Shown here one piece after another: positions 1 through 10,040 of a DNA stretch of 37,270 bases. Source of the DNA: a virus (lineage: Duplodnaviria; Caudoviricetes). The stretch is from IMG/VR virus record IMGVR_UViG_3300017766_001679, positions 1-37,270 of that record; one strand, given 5' to 3'. Under the pieces are notes generated by a model that was not told the DNA's origin, ran no database searches, and worked only from the letters and a program-made list of their open reading frames with translations. Within the stretch, counting starts at the first letter, position 1. Every line of letters begins with the position of its first letter. A program made the position numbers and the translations under genes.

Positions 1-1461
1 CTTGCCCATATATCCCCCCAAGAGGCTGGCGTCCTAAAACTTCTTGGTGGATCAGGAACCATCAACCCGCATACGGGTTTACCCGAATTTAAGTCAATTA
101 GACAGTATTTAAAAAGTACGCCAGTAGTTAGAGATATCTATAAAGTTGGCTCCAAAATTGGTAAAGAAATTGAGGGTGGTATTGAGTCAATAGCCAGAAA
201 CAAAATTCTTGGGCCGATTGCCCAGATGGCGTCTTACTTGCACCCAGTTTCTGCTGCTTTATATGCCGGTCTCTCCCCTGAAGGCAGTAGTTTTGATATA
301 AAAGGCGCCGCTAAGGCTGCTGCTATGCAACAAATAGGGCAGGGAGTAAAAGAATATATGGCGGGTGCTTCTCCTACAGGTTCAGACGCCTTTATGGGGG
401 GAGTTAATGAGCGCGGAGGTTCTTACCTTGCTGCTTCTAGTTCGGCACCTACAGGCGTTCCTGATTTTGTGGGAGGTATTACTGAGCGTGGTGGCTCTTA
501 TCTTGCTGCTAGCCCAGAAATAGGTGCTGTAGAAAGCGCAATAAATGCGCCAATTCCATATACCCCAGATCCCAGTTCTTATGTCAGTGGCGCTTCCGCA
601 GTAGATAGTGCTTATGCAAGTGCACCCCAAACTACCTTTACAGACGCTGCCCCGGCTCCTGCCCCTGCTCCTACCCCGGCCCCTTCGGTTAACCCATATG
701 ATGTAGACAATATAGGGAACGTCTCTGAAAGCCGTGTTATGGGGGACTACGGATACGGCTCTGCGCCAGTTGAAACTTACAATATCCCAAGGGCCGAAGA
801 TGCTACTGGTATCCGTGGCCTTGACACTGCTGGAGAGAATTATTTAGGGGCTGCTGGCTCCTTGGCAGAGGGTGCTTACGATCTCGCGGCTTCTAATCCT
901 ATGACTACCGCTGCTGTTGCTTATGGTGGATATACGGCTTACCAAACCAAGAAAGAACTTGACGACGCTAAAGAAGAGGCAGAGCGTATTCTGCGTGATC
1001 AGGCAAACAAAAAAGCCGAGGAAATTGCATGGGCACAGGGTGTTCTGCGCGACTACCCCTATAACTACCGGCGTCTAACTGAAGAAGATGTACGTCGTGA
1101 GCGCGGTATGGCTATGGGTGGACGGATCAACTCTTATGATGACGAAATGGGCAGTGACGATGGTATGATGCAGGGTGGTATCGCTGCTCTTGCTAAAGGC
1201 GGTCTACCCCCTCGGTATCTTCGGGGTGGTGGCGACGGAATGAGTGACTCAATCAAAGCAAATATTGACGGTAAACAAGAAGCCCGTCTGGCTGATGGTG
1301 AGTTTGTAGTCCCAGCCGACGTGGTGTCTCACCTTGGTAATGGCTCCTCTAACGCTGGGGCTAAAAGATTATATGAAATGATGAATCGGGTCCGTAAGTC
1401 TCGCACAGGAAAAACCCGTCAGGCACCTGAAGTTAATACTCGCAAAATGATGCCTGTTTAA
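1..1461 (+). CDS. Putative virion (internal/ejection) protein, 5'-truncated
   Basis: Frame 1 is open from base 1 (LAHISPQEAGVLKLLGGSGTINPHTGLPEF...), so the ORF extends upstream of the track's 226 start. The C-terminal GGGDGMSDSI...ARLADGEFVVPADVV motif is typical of phage virion proteins. Ala/Gly/Pro-rich. Confidence 0.7.
   Translation, partial: LAHISPQEAGVLKLLGGSGTINPHTGLPEFKSIRQYLKSTPVVRDIYKVGSKIGKEIEGGIESIARNKILGPIAQMASYLHPVSAALYAGLSPEGSSFDIKGAAKAAAMQQIGQGVKEYMAGASPTGSDAFMGGVNERGGSYLAASSSAPTGVPDFVGGITERGGSYLAASPEIGAVESAINAPIPYTPDPSSYVSGASAVDSAYASAPQTTFTDAAPAPAPAPTPAPSVNPYDVDNIGNVSESRVMGDYGYGSAPVETYNIPRAEDATGIRGLDTAGENYLGAAGSLAEGAYDLAASNPMTTAAVAYGGYTAYQTKKELDDAKEEAERILRDQANKKAEEIAWAQGVLRDYPYNYRRLTEEDVRRERGMAMGGRINSYDDEMGSDDGMMQGGIAALAKGGLPPRYLRGGGDGMSDSIKANIDGKQEARLADGEFVVPADVVSHLGNGSSNAGAKRLYEMMNRVRKSRTGKTRQAPEVNTRKMMPV
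373..516 (+). repeat. Two-copy 75-nt (25-aa) intragenic repeat
   Basis: PTGSDAFMGGVNERGGSYLAASSS / PTGVPDFVGGITERGGSYLAASP, starting at 373 and 448. Confidence 0.85.
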
Positions 1462-1471
1462 AGGATAGATC

Positions 1472-2407
1472 ATGCCAACCACATCACAAGTCGTAACCTC
1501 AGCGCTACCTACCGCGTTTGAAGAGTTTTATAAAACCGGTGCCCAAGGCGTTCCCGGCCTAATCCCACAGGCGTTTAAACTCTACGGAGCAGGTACTCCT
1601 GCTGAGTATCAGGCCAATATCAAAGGCCCCCTAGAGGCGGCTAAACTTTATAGCGGAACGGAGCGGATACAGGGGCTAACACAAGATCAAATTGATGTAG
1701 GCACTGGATTAAGGGCTATGGCTACTCCCGGTCAATTTGCATCGGGTACAAGTTCCTTAGCGTCTGGGGTCACTGCTTTAAGTGGGCTACCAAGTTTATC
1801 GGATGCCGCAACGGTAACAAGTTATATGTCACCCTATGCTCAGGGTGTGGTAGACGTTCAGAAACGGGAAGCCCTAACGGATGCCCAGAAAGCCCAGTTA
1901 ACTACTAATTTGGGCGCAGCACGTCAAGGAACTTATGGTGGCGCACGTCAACTTCTTGCCACAACAGAGCGTGAGCGCAACCTCCAGAACCAACTTGGTG
2001 ATATTCAAGCAAGAGGCACACAGGCTGCTTATGAGGCTGCACAGAAGGGAATTGAATCCGAGCGTGCGGCTCGTCTGCAACAGGCACAAACCTATGGCAC
2101 ACTAGGCCAGCAATACGGTCAGTTAGGTACCGCAGAACAAGCCGCAGATATTGATCGCTTTAAGACCCTTGGAGCCTACGGTGACTACGAGCGTGCAGTG
2201 GCGCAACAGAAAACTGATATTGACTATCAAAATTTGATGCAGCGCATCCAGTATCCTGAGCAACAACTCGAGAAACTTAGTAACTTTATTCGTGGTGTCC
2301 CGCTTACCGATACAACGACTCAAACAACTACCCCACCGCCTTCATTTGCAAGCCAGTTGGCTGGTCTTGGGTTGTCCGGCTTGAGCCTTTATAACCTGAT
2401 GAAGTAA
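1472..2407 (+). CDS. Putative internal virion / DNA ejection protein
   Basis: 311 aa, Gln/Ala/Gly-rich and helical (YMSPY..., GTYGGARQ), with a C-terminal hydrophobic Gly-Leu segment. RBS AAAGGA. Lies among virion genes. Confidence 0.6.
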   Translation: MPTTSQVVTSALPTAFEEFYKTGAQGVPGLIPQAFKLYGAGTPAEYQANIKGPLEAAKLYSGTERIQGLTQDQIDVGTGLRAMATPGQFASGTSSLASGVTALSGLPSLSDAATVTSYMSPYAQGVVDVQKREALTDAQKAQLTTNLGAARQGTYGGARQLLATTERERNLQNQLGDIQARGTQAAYEAAQKGIESERAARLQQAQTYGTLGQQYGQLGTAEQAADIDRFKTLGAYGDYERAVAQQKTDIDYQNLMQRIQYPEQQLEKLSNFIRGVPLTDTTTQTTTPPPSFASQLAGLGLSGLSLYNLMK

Positions 2408-2417
2408 GGAGTAGACG

Positions 2418-4079
2418 ATGGGAATCACTAGCGCCCTCAAACTCCAAGAGGGTTCAATTCAAGAATTAGCCATGCTGCCGCAGGATGTGTTGATGCAGAT
2501 GGCACAAGCGGGGCGTATAGCCCCTACCCTGCTTCCGGTGTTGTTAAGTGAAAAAGCCGACATGGCAAAGCAGGCTGCAAACGCACAACTCCTTGCAAAA
2601 TCCGCGCAGGGTAAGCCACCTTCAATTATCGAACAAGATATGGCTGTCAACGCCCAAGCCGAAGGGTCTGAAGAAGCAATGCCTGACACTGGTATTGCCG
2701 CCCTGCCTGTATCTGACAAGGTATTTCGTGCCGCTGGTGGTGGCATAGTTGCTTTTGACGACGGTGGTGAAGTACCCGGGTACAGTTCTAGGGGGTTTGT
2801 TAATTCAAACTACTATGGGATTGACCCTGATTTTGCCGATTTTATTCAGTCAAAAGAAACCGGTGGGATGCGTAATCCCGACATGGCAGTATCCCCCAAA
2901 GGCGCTCGTGGTCGGATGCAGATCATGCCTAAGACGGCTATGGCCCCCGGGTTTGGTGTCAAGAACATTTTTGATATGGCTGACGATATGGGTATCCGTT
3001 ATGAAGATCGCAGCCAAGCATCCGCTGAACAGTTACTAACTAACCCCCGTTTAAACCGCACTTTTGGTGAGAATTATCTTGGAGCCATGAGTGAGCGATT
3101 TGGGGGTGATCCGGTTAAGGTAGCGGCTGCTTACAATGCTGACCCCGGTGCGGTTGAGAAGGCTGGTGGGGTTCCCGATTTTCCGGAAACCAAAAGGTAT
3201 GTGGCTGGGATTTCTCCTGAGCGGTTTGAGTCTGCTTCTGGCAAGGTTCGTGCGGCTCGTCGTGAGCAGATGGGTCTTGATAAGCCACGCGCTCCGGTTC
3301 CTGAAGGCTTAGGCTCTACATTTGACCCATATTTAGAGGCAACTCAGTCTATGACGCCTCCGCCACCACTTGCCGGTGAGGAAAACCTACAGTTGTTCTC
3401 AGACATGTTGGCAGGTCGCAAACCTATTCCTAAGCGCGGGCAAGACGCTGGGTTAATGGCAGAGCGGACACCCCCTGCCTTAGCCGGTAAACAAAAACCA
3501 GCCCCTGCTGCAGAGGTTGCTAAGGCCGCCGAGAATGACTACCTTGCTGAACTACGCAAGAGCCTTGGTGACCGGGAAACAGCCCTTAAAGGTCAGAAAG
3601 AAACCGACAAGTACATGTCTCTCTTGGCTGCTGGCCTTGGCATGATGGGTGGCACGTCCCCCTACGCTCTGTCTAATATCGGTGCTGGTGGCCTTAAAGG
3701 CGCTGAGTACTACGCAGGTGCCCGCAAACAACAGCGTGAAGAAGAGCAGGACATCTTGGCAGGTCGCCTTGGTCTGGCTAAAGCAGGGGCTACGGATAAG
3801 TATTACCAACAGATGCTCAAAGATAAGGCTGCTGGACGCGATATCCAAGCCCGTGGGTTGCAGTTACGCCTTGCTGACTTAAAACGCAAAGCGGTAGCCG
3901 ACTGGGATAACAGCCCCGCCAAGACCGAATTGATCAAGAGTTTCAATAAAAAAGATTGGCAAAACGATGCAAGACTGAAAGGAAAATACGAGTTAGAGAA
4001 ATCACGATTTATTAGCCAGTTCGTTGACAGCGGAGTGAGCGATAATGTGATGTCTGCTTCCTCCTTACTTGAGGACTAA
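2418..4079 (+). CDS. Virion protein with soluble lytic transglycosylase (SLT) domain
   Basis: SLT motifs: KETGG (catalytic Glu), SPKGARGRMQIMPKTA, N...G..YL, AAAYNADPG, ETKRYV. RBS TAAGGAG. Confidence 0.85.
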   Translation: MGITSALKLQEGSIQELAMLPQDVLMQMAQAGRIAPTLLPVLLSEKADMAKQAANAQLLAKSAQGKPPSIIEQDMAVNAQAEGSEEAMPDTGIAALPVSDKVFRAAGGGIVAFDDGGEVPGYSSRGFVNSNYYGIDPDFADFIQSKETGGMRNPDMAVSPKGARGRMQIMPKTAMAPGFGVKNIFDMADDMGIRYEDRSQASAEQLLTNPRLNRTFGENYLGAMSERFGGDPVKVAAAYNADPGAVEKAGGVPDFPETKRYVAGISPERFESASGKVRAARREQMGLDKPRAPVPEGLGSTFDPYLEATQSMTPPPPLAGEENLQLFSDMLAGRKPIPKRGQDAGLMAERTPPALAGKQKPAPAAEVAKAAENDYLAELRKSLGDRETALKGQKETDKYMSLLAAGLGMMGGTSPYALSNIGAGGLKGAEYYAGARKQQREEEQDILAGRLGLAKAGATDKYYQQMLKDKAAGRDIQARGLQLRLADLKRKAVADWDNSPAKTELIKSFNKKDWQNDARLKGKYELEKSRFISQFVDSGVSDNVMSASSLLED

Positions 4080-4085
4080 ACTCGA

Positions 4086-7000
4086 ATGATCCTTGACCTG
4101 CCAAAAATTGGCTCGGTTCGGTTTGATGATAACCTGACTGACGAGCAGTTCAACGCACAACTGCAAGCCCTATCTCAAAAATACGGCTTTGAGGTACCCC
4201 GTGGACAACTAACCACTGGAGAGATGGCGTCTCGTGCCTTTACCCGTGGGCGCAAACAGTTAGGATCAGTCTTTGGCGACATCATCCCGGCTATGGCTGG
4301 GCAGGCGCTTGGGTTTGAAGATTATGCCAAGCAACAGTTAGAAGAGGCTGCTGAGACGCAGCGTGAACTAGCCACAACATACGAGCCACAGTACCGCTCC
4401 CTAGAAGATGTTAAGGGAATCTCTGATGCTCCCGGCTTTGCTTTAGAAACTATCATCGAGCAAATCCCCAATATCGCTACATCCCTCTTTCCGGGTATGG
4501 GCGCTGGGGTGGTGGCTGCACGTACTGCTGCAACAAGTTTGGGGAAACAACTTACTTTACAGGCTGCAGAACGGGGTCTGGCTGGTAAAGCCGTCCAAGA
4601 GTTTGTAGAGCAAGGTCTTAAACAAGCCGCCCCACGCATAGCCGCTCAGGCAGGTGTTGCACAGAACGCCGGTATCTTCCTTGGCTCCTACGCTCAGAAC
4701 GCCCCAGAGGTGTTCCAGAATATATATGAAGCCACGGGTCAGATGGATGTGGGCACGGCTATGATTTTTGGTTCGGCTGCTGCGGCACTAGATTCCGTGC
4801 TTCCGGCTACCTTGGCTCGCCAGTTAACTGGCCCCGTGCGGGTTGGTGTCATTGAGAAAGTTCTTGAGAAATCAGGCATGGACCGGGGGCTAATCCGCTC
4901 AACCACAGCCGGACTGCTCAAGGGTGTTGGTGGTGAGGGATTGACCGAAGGCGCACAGGAAGCCATTAGTATTTCGGCTGAAAGGTTCGTAGCCGAGAAC
5001 CCCCAGATCTTTGAGAGCAAGGACTGGAACCGTATCATGGAAGCCAGCGTGCGTGGAGCCGTGGCTGGTGGTGGGTTTGGTGGTGTAGGTGGTGGGGTAC
5101 AAGGACTGCGGCAGAAAGCCGAGCGTGGTCGTCAGATGGCAGAAGCGATGGAGCGCCGTGGACAACGCCAAGAAGCCGCCCGGTTACGTCGGGAAGTGGC
5201 TGATGCTGAAGCACAGATTGCTGAGATTGAGGCTGGTAGAACCCAGATGGAGTTGCCCGGGTTAGAGACTGGGCCTTACGCTTCCATGTTGCCCACCGAG
5301 CGGGCACTAAAAGCCGCTGCAGATGCCAAGAATAAGTTGACTGGCAAGCAGATTGAGATGTTCGATGCCGAGGGCAACCTGACTACTGCGGTTCAAAAAG
5401 CCGCCAATAAAGACGAGAAGCGTGCGGCTATCCAAGCCCGAGAGCAAGACAAGCGAGAAGCCACCGAGTTAAGGGCGGCTCAGGACCGTCTACGCAAGTT
5501 AGTATCCGGCACGCAGATGACGTTGCCCGGGATGTCCGCAGAAGAGATTAAGGCCGCTGAAGCCCAACAGGCCGCAGTTCAGGCACAGGTTGCTGAGACT
5601 GGTCAAGGTGATTTGTTCGCAGGTATGCCCCCAGCCAGAGCCGCCGAGGAAGCCGTTGCCGAGCCTACCGTGGTTGAGCGCAAGGAACCGATTGCCCCAG
5701 AACAAGTTTCTACGAAGATTGACGACACGGTACTTAAATCGCTGGGTGTTGGCCCCACGGCATTGCTTCGTAAAAACAAGATACTAGATGGACGAGACAT
5801 CACTAATCCAGAAGATGCCGCCGAGGTCAGACGGGTGCTGGAGGCGTATGCCGAGAATCGCAGTGCACCCATTCGTGAAAAGATTGAAGCCTACCTAAAT
5901 CGCCCGGAGTTCCAAGCGGCGGAAGGAGTTGACCGTGGAGAGCGAGTTACTACAGAACCTATCGTCGGAGCAGGTGAGCCTAGCGTTCCTAGCGTTGGAG
6001 AACCCGGAGGAGTATTGGCCCCTGCCGGAGCCGCTGAACAAACTGTCGAAGCAGGAGTGGGAACAACTGGACTTCCTGCTGTACGCCCTGACCTTGGAGA
6101 AGAAGGCGTCGAGCGTCCACTAGGTAAGAAAGCCCAAGCAGACGTCCGCAAGACTGAGGAAAAGGCCGAGGTAGCCACCAAGGAGCAGGCTAACTTTGTT
6201 TCTGAAACTGACCAGAATACTTCGGCCCTACTTAATACAACCCTACGGGATGCGATGCGTGCGGCTAATTTGCCAGATGACGCGATTGACGCAGAAGACT
6301 TTATTGGTACTGAAGCGCACAACATGTTGCGCCTGCCACCCCTGATTAATCGGTTCCTAGACCTGAAAGAAACACTGGCTATCCCGGCAGAAAAGACTTC
6401 TCAAGCCAAGGCCCAGCGTGCTAAGAACCTGCAAGAGTTAAATGTCCTGAAAAAGGGTATCGCCAAGTCTAGCCCCGAGGTTGCTGACTTCTTAGACGGC
6501 ATGTCCACCCTACCTACGCCTGATCAGCGCAATCAGATTTTGTCTCAGTTCAATAAGCAAGGCAGGGAGTCATTTGCGCCTGTTGCTGCTGAGAAGATTG
6601 CCAAGGCTAAGGCTGGTATGGAGGCTCCGGCTAAGGCTGCCCCGGCTAAGAAAGAGATTACGGACGAGGAGTTAGACGATCTTGCCAATGACTTCAATGC
6701 CCGGTTCATGGCTAAGACTGGCAAGCGGTTGTTCCTACCAAAGTTTGTGGGCGCTTCGTTTAATGAAGAACAACGTGCGCTGGCCCAGAGCGGTGATCTA
6801 CGTGGACTGGTAAACAACTTAGCAGAAAACACAACCAATGCTGGCGTCAGACGGGTTCTAAAGCGTATTAAGGGACTGAACCTTAAAACCACCATCCGTG
6901 TGGGAGACGTACCAGAGGGCAAGGCTAGTTTCTACGACCCCCGTGCCAACGAGATTGTGGTTAGCCCTGATGGGTTAAGTGAGCACGCAGCCGTCCATGA

Positions 7001-9980
7001 GTTAGTCCACGCCGCCATATCTCATGTGCTTCGCAATCCGGATATCAAACTGACCCAAGAGTTCACTAAGTTCTTTGAGACTTTGCAGAACCAGTTAGGC
7101 GCGGCATACGGTGGTCAGGATATCCAAGAGTTTGCCTCTGAGTTAGTCAGCAACCCCGAGTTCCAAGCCCTGCTAAAAGACATGAAGGCTCCCCGGAGCG
7201 GCAGTTGGTTTGATAAGTTTGTGCAGGCTATCGCTGAGTTCTTTGGGTTCCGCAAAGGGGAAACTGGCTACGATGCTGGCATGCGCTTTGTGATGAATGC
7301 CTTGGATATATCTGGCGATGTAGAGGCTCACCCCGCAGATAAGTTGTTCTTGGGCCTTGGCCCGTCGGTCACGTCCGGGTTCGGTACGGTTGGGAAGATT
7401 GGGCAAGCAATGCCAAGGCTCGCTGGGAATACCGTAGAAGCAACTAGAAACTACTTATCTAATGCACCCCGTGGGGCAACAAGCCTTGCAATGGGACTGC
7501 TTCGCCTTGACAACATCAATACCATCTACGGCAAAGAACTTCCGTCTATTCAGACCCTACTGGATGCACTTGAGAAACGTAATGGGAACCAAGAACAACG
7601 GATCAAGACGATCAACGACAACTATAAGCAGTTCATAAAGATTGCCAAGGCCAAGCCGCAGGCGATGGATCGTATGAACAAGATGGCGTATGAATCCCGT
7701 CTGCAACAGGTAGATCCACTAGGCCCTGCACCGACTGCGCCATCTCAGATTGCTGCCTATAACACCCTGAAAGCAAACTTTGACTCGTTGCCAAAAGACG
7801 TCCAAGGGGTGTACCGTACTATTCGTAATTCTTACGAAAGTGCCATCAACGAGTACGAGCAGATGCTTTTAAGTAGCGTCACTCCTTCGTTGGCTGCAAA
7901 ACTAAAACTGGAGTTCCAGACCCGCAAGCGTCAGGCCGCATACATTCCGTTCCTCCGTCGAGGCGAGTTTTGGGTAGAGTACACGGGTGAGGATGGCGAG
8001 CGTTGGGCTTCTGCCTTTGAGTCAGTACGGGAGCGCGAGCGGTTTGTAGGCCAAGAACTTAAGCGCCGTGGTATTACTGATGCCCGTCTGTACGAGAACA
8101 TCCAGAACGCTAGATTCCAGCAGGGCACAGTGCCTCCTACGTCCTTTATAGGGCGGGTCATGAACGACTTGACCCAGCAGGGGGCAAACCAACAGCAACT
8201 TGATAGCGTCTATCAGGCATACCTTGCCCTGTTCCCGGGACAGTCCATCTCTAAGAACTTTATGAAGGCCGACAATGTTCGGGGCATGGAGCAGGATATC
8301 GTCCGTGGGTATGGCGAGACTATGATTAAGTGGGCACGTCGCCTATCTAACTCCGAGTACACCCCACAGATTGACCGTGCTATACAAGGCATCGTGGCTG
8401 AATCAGAGCAAGCCAGCGACCCAAATGCTCGAGTAGCGGCTCAGAATATCGTTAATCAGCAACAGTTCTTGCATAACCCGACCTATGGAAGTCTAGTTAC
8501 TGCCGCTACGACCTTTAGTTACTTTAACTATATCGCGGGCAACATCTCATCGGCGCTGATTAACTTATCGACGCTACCCATGTTCTCCTACCCCATACTT
8601 GGGGCAAAGTTCGGGTTTGATAAAGCCGCGTCTGCAATGCTGTCTGCAAGTAAAACAGCAACCAATTACATCTTAAATAATAAGATTGATGGGCGGTACA
8701 AGGATCTCTTTGATGTTTTGAACGACCATGCGCAGTTATCTCACACGCTGGCAAGAGAGGTACTGGAAGGGCAACGTCAAACTACGGCAGAATTTACCGG
8801 ACTAAAAGCCAAAGTTATGGATGGACTATCCATCCCATTTGCGGCAACCGAGAAATTAAACCGTGGCGCTACGGCTATCGCTGCTTATGACTTGGCTATG
8901 TCTAGCGGAATGTCCAAAGATGCCGCCATTCAGTACGCCCTACGCACCGTAAAAGATATCAACACGTCTGGTTTATCGGCTACGGCCCCTAGTTGGATGC
9001 AACATCCGCTAGGCCGCGTGTTCTTCACGTTCAAATCGTTCGTGTGGAACAGTGCATTTATCATGGCTCGCTCGTTCCATCAAGCGTTTAAGGGCGAATC
9101 TCCAGCCGTAAGGCGTGAGGCACGTAGACAATTCCTTGGTATCTCCGGCATGGCGTTCACGTTGGCAGGGGCTAAAGGACTACCGTTTATGGGCGCGGCT
9201 TCGGTGCTGGCTGAAATGCTCCACACCTTGTTTGGAGATGATGACGAACCGTTTGACTTCCAGACCGAGATGCGTGAGTTCTTTGGGGACGCGATGTATA
9301 AGGGGGCAATTAACTACGCCCTGAATCTTGAGGTTGCCAACCGTATCGGTGTAGCCCAAGACCTTCTGTTCCGTGATGACCCTCGTGGTATAGCCGAAGA
9401 TGGTTACGTTTTGACTGCCATGAAGCAGGCGTTTGGTCCGGCAGGGTCTTACTTCTGGGGTGCAGAGCGTGGCATCCGGGCTATGGCTGAAGGTAATGTG
9501 ATGCGTGGAGTTGAGTCTCTGTTGCCAAGTTTCATACGTAACGGTTTGAAGGGTGGTCGGTACATGACCGAAGGGGCATTGACCCTGAAGGGCGATCCAA
9601 TTGATGAGGATATCAGTGCTTATAACTCGTTAATGCAAGTGCTTGGGTTCTCCCCGGCTGATCTATCTACCAAATATGAAGAGACTTCTGCCGCCAAAGG
9701 TTATGAGCGCGAGGTTATGGCACGCCGCAAACGGCTTCTAAACAAGTTTGACATGGCTAGAACCGCTGGGGATGTGGACTTGATGCAGGAAGTGCGGGGA
9801 GAAATCAACGAGTTTAACGCCTCCCGTACTGATCCCAAGGCTCGTATCGGTGTAGATACTTTACGCAAATCCGAAGCAGCCCGTCGCGCCGCCGAGCGCA
9901 ATATGATCAACGGGGTGAAGTTCAACAAGGGCCTGAAGTCTGAGATTGAGGCCAAGTTCTTTGAGGACGAAGAGGATTAA
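4086..9980 (+). CDS. Large polyvalent virion protein (zincin-like HExxH domain; PLxRFG/LPD-like C-terminal region)
   Basis: 1964 aa. AVHELVHAA...QEFASELVSNPEFQ (6996-7010 and downstream). YIPFLRRGEFWV at 7941 resembles the PLxRFG domain. The N-terminal EGLTEGAQE segment is typical of ejected virion proteins. Confidence 0.7.
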   Translation: MILDLPKIGSVRFDDNLTDEQFNAQLQALSQKYGFEVPRGQLTTGEMASRAFTRGRKQLGSVFGDIIPAMAGQALGFEDYAKQQLEEAAETQRELATTYEPQYRSLEDVKGISDAPGFALETIIEQIPNIATSLFPGMGAGVVAARTAATSLGKQLTLQAAERGLAGKAVQEFVEQGLKQAAPRIAAQAGVAQNAGIFLGSYAQNAPEVFQNIYEATGQMDVGTAMIFGSAAAALDSVLPATLARQLTGPVRVGVIEKVLEKSGMDRGLIRSTTAGLLKGVGGEGLTEGAQEAISISAERFVAENPQIFESKDWNRIMEASVRGAVAGGGFGGVGGGVQGLRQKAERGRQMAEAMERRGQRQEAARLRREVADAEAQIAEIEAGRTQMELPGLETGPYASMLPTERALKAAADAKNKLTGKQIEMFDAEGNLTTAVQKAANKDEKRAAIQAREQDKREATELRAAQDRLRKLVSGTQMTLPGMSAEEIKAAEAQQAAVQAQVAETGQGDLFAGMPPARAAEEAVAEPTVVERKEPIAPEQVSTKIDDTVLKSLGVGPTALLRKNKILDGRDITNPEDAAEVRRVLEAYAENRSAPIREKIEAYLNRPEFQAAEGVDRGERVTTEPIVGAGEPSVPSVGEPGGVLAPAGAAEQTVEAGVGTTGLPAVRPDLGEEGVERPLGKKAQADVRKTEEKAEVATKEQANFVSETDQNTSALLNTTLRDAMRAANLPDDAIDAEDFIGTEAHNMLRLPPLINRFLDLKETLAIPAEKTSQAKAQRAKNLQELNVLKKGIAKSSPEVADFLDGMSTLPTPDQRNQILSQFNKQGRESFAPVAAEKIAKAKAGMEAPAKAAPAKKEITDEELDDLANDFNARFMAKTGKRLFLPKFVGASFNEEQRALAQSGDLRGLVNNLAENTTNAGVRRVLKRIKGLNLKTTIRVGDVPEGKASFYDPRANEIVVSPDGLSEHAAVHELVHAAISHVLRNPDIKLTQEFTKFFETLQNQLGAAYGGQDIQEFASELVSNPEFQALLKDMKAPRSGSWFDKFVQAIAEFFGFRKGETGYDAGMRFVMNALDISGDVEAHPADKLFLGLGPSVTSGFGTVGKIGQAMPRLAGNTVEATRNYLSNAPRGATSLAMGLLRLDNINTIYGKELPSIQTLLDALEKRNGNQEQRIKTINDNYKQFIKIAKAKPQAMDRMNKMAYESRLQQVDPLGPAPTAPSQIAAYNTLKANFDSLPKDVQGVYRTIRNSYESAINEYEQMLLSSVTPSLAAKLKLEFQTRKRQAAYIPFLRRGEFWVEYTGEDGERWASAFESVRERERFVGQELKRRGITDARLYENIQNARFQQGTVPPTSFIGRVMNDLTQQGANQQQLDSVYQAYLALFPGQSISKNFMKADNVRGMEQDIVRGYGETMIKWARRLSNSEYTPQIDRAIQGIVAESEQASDPNARVAAQNIVNQQQFLHNPTYGSLVTAATTFSYFNYIAGNISSALINLSTLPMFSYPILGAKFGFDKAASAMLSASKTATNYILNNKIDGRYKDLFDVLNDHAQLSHTLAREVLEGQRQTTAEFTGLKAKVMDGLSIPFAATEKLNRGATAIAAYDLAMSSGMSKDAAIQYALRTVKDINTSGLSATAPSWMQHPLGRVFFTFKSFVWNSAFIMARSFHQAFKGESPAVRREARRQFLGISGMAFTLAGAKGLPFMGAASVLAEMLHTLFGDDDEPFDFQTEMREFFGDAMYKGAINYALNLEVANRIGVAQDLLFRDDPRGIAEDGYVLTAMKQAFGPAGSYFWGAERGIRAMAEGNVMRGVESLLPSFIRNGLKGGRYMTEGALTLKGDPIDEDISAYNSLMQVLGFSPADLSTKYEETSAAKGYEREVMARRKRLLNKFDMARTAGDVDLMQEVRGEINEFNASRTDPKARIGVDTLRKSEAARRAAERNMINGVKFNKGLKSEIEAKFFEDEED

Positions 9981-10006
9981 AAAAGACCCCCGGACTAGCC
10001 GGGGGT
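9979..10006 (-). terminator. Rho-independent terminator ending the minus-strand arm
   Basis: 8-bp stem ACCCCCGG/CCGGGGGT (9986-9993/9999-10006) with a 5-nt loop, followed by CUUUUUU on the minus strand. Sits at the convergent gene junction. Confidence 0.85.
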
Positions 10007-10040
10007 AGAGTTCTTCTCGAGGAGTGGAGAAGAAGAGTGC
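9979..10040 (-). ncRNA. Candidate trans-acting anti-RBS small RNA (~62 nt)
   Basis: Lies between a TATAAT promoter and the terminator. Predicted fold: 5'-GCACUC, stem UUCUUCUC/GAGAAGAA with loop CACUCCUC, then the terminator. Complementary to GAGTGC/AGGAGTG at several phage start codons. Confidence 0.55.
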
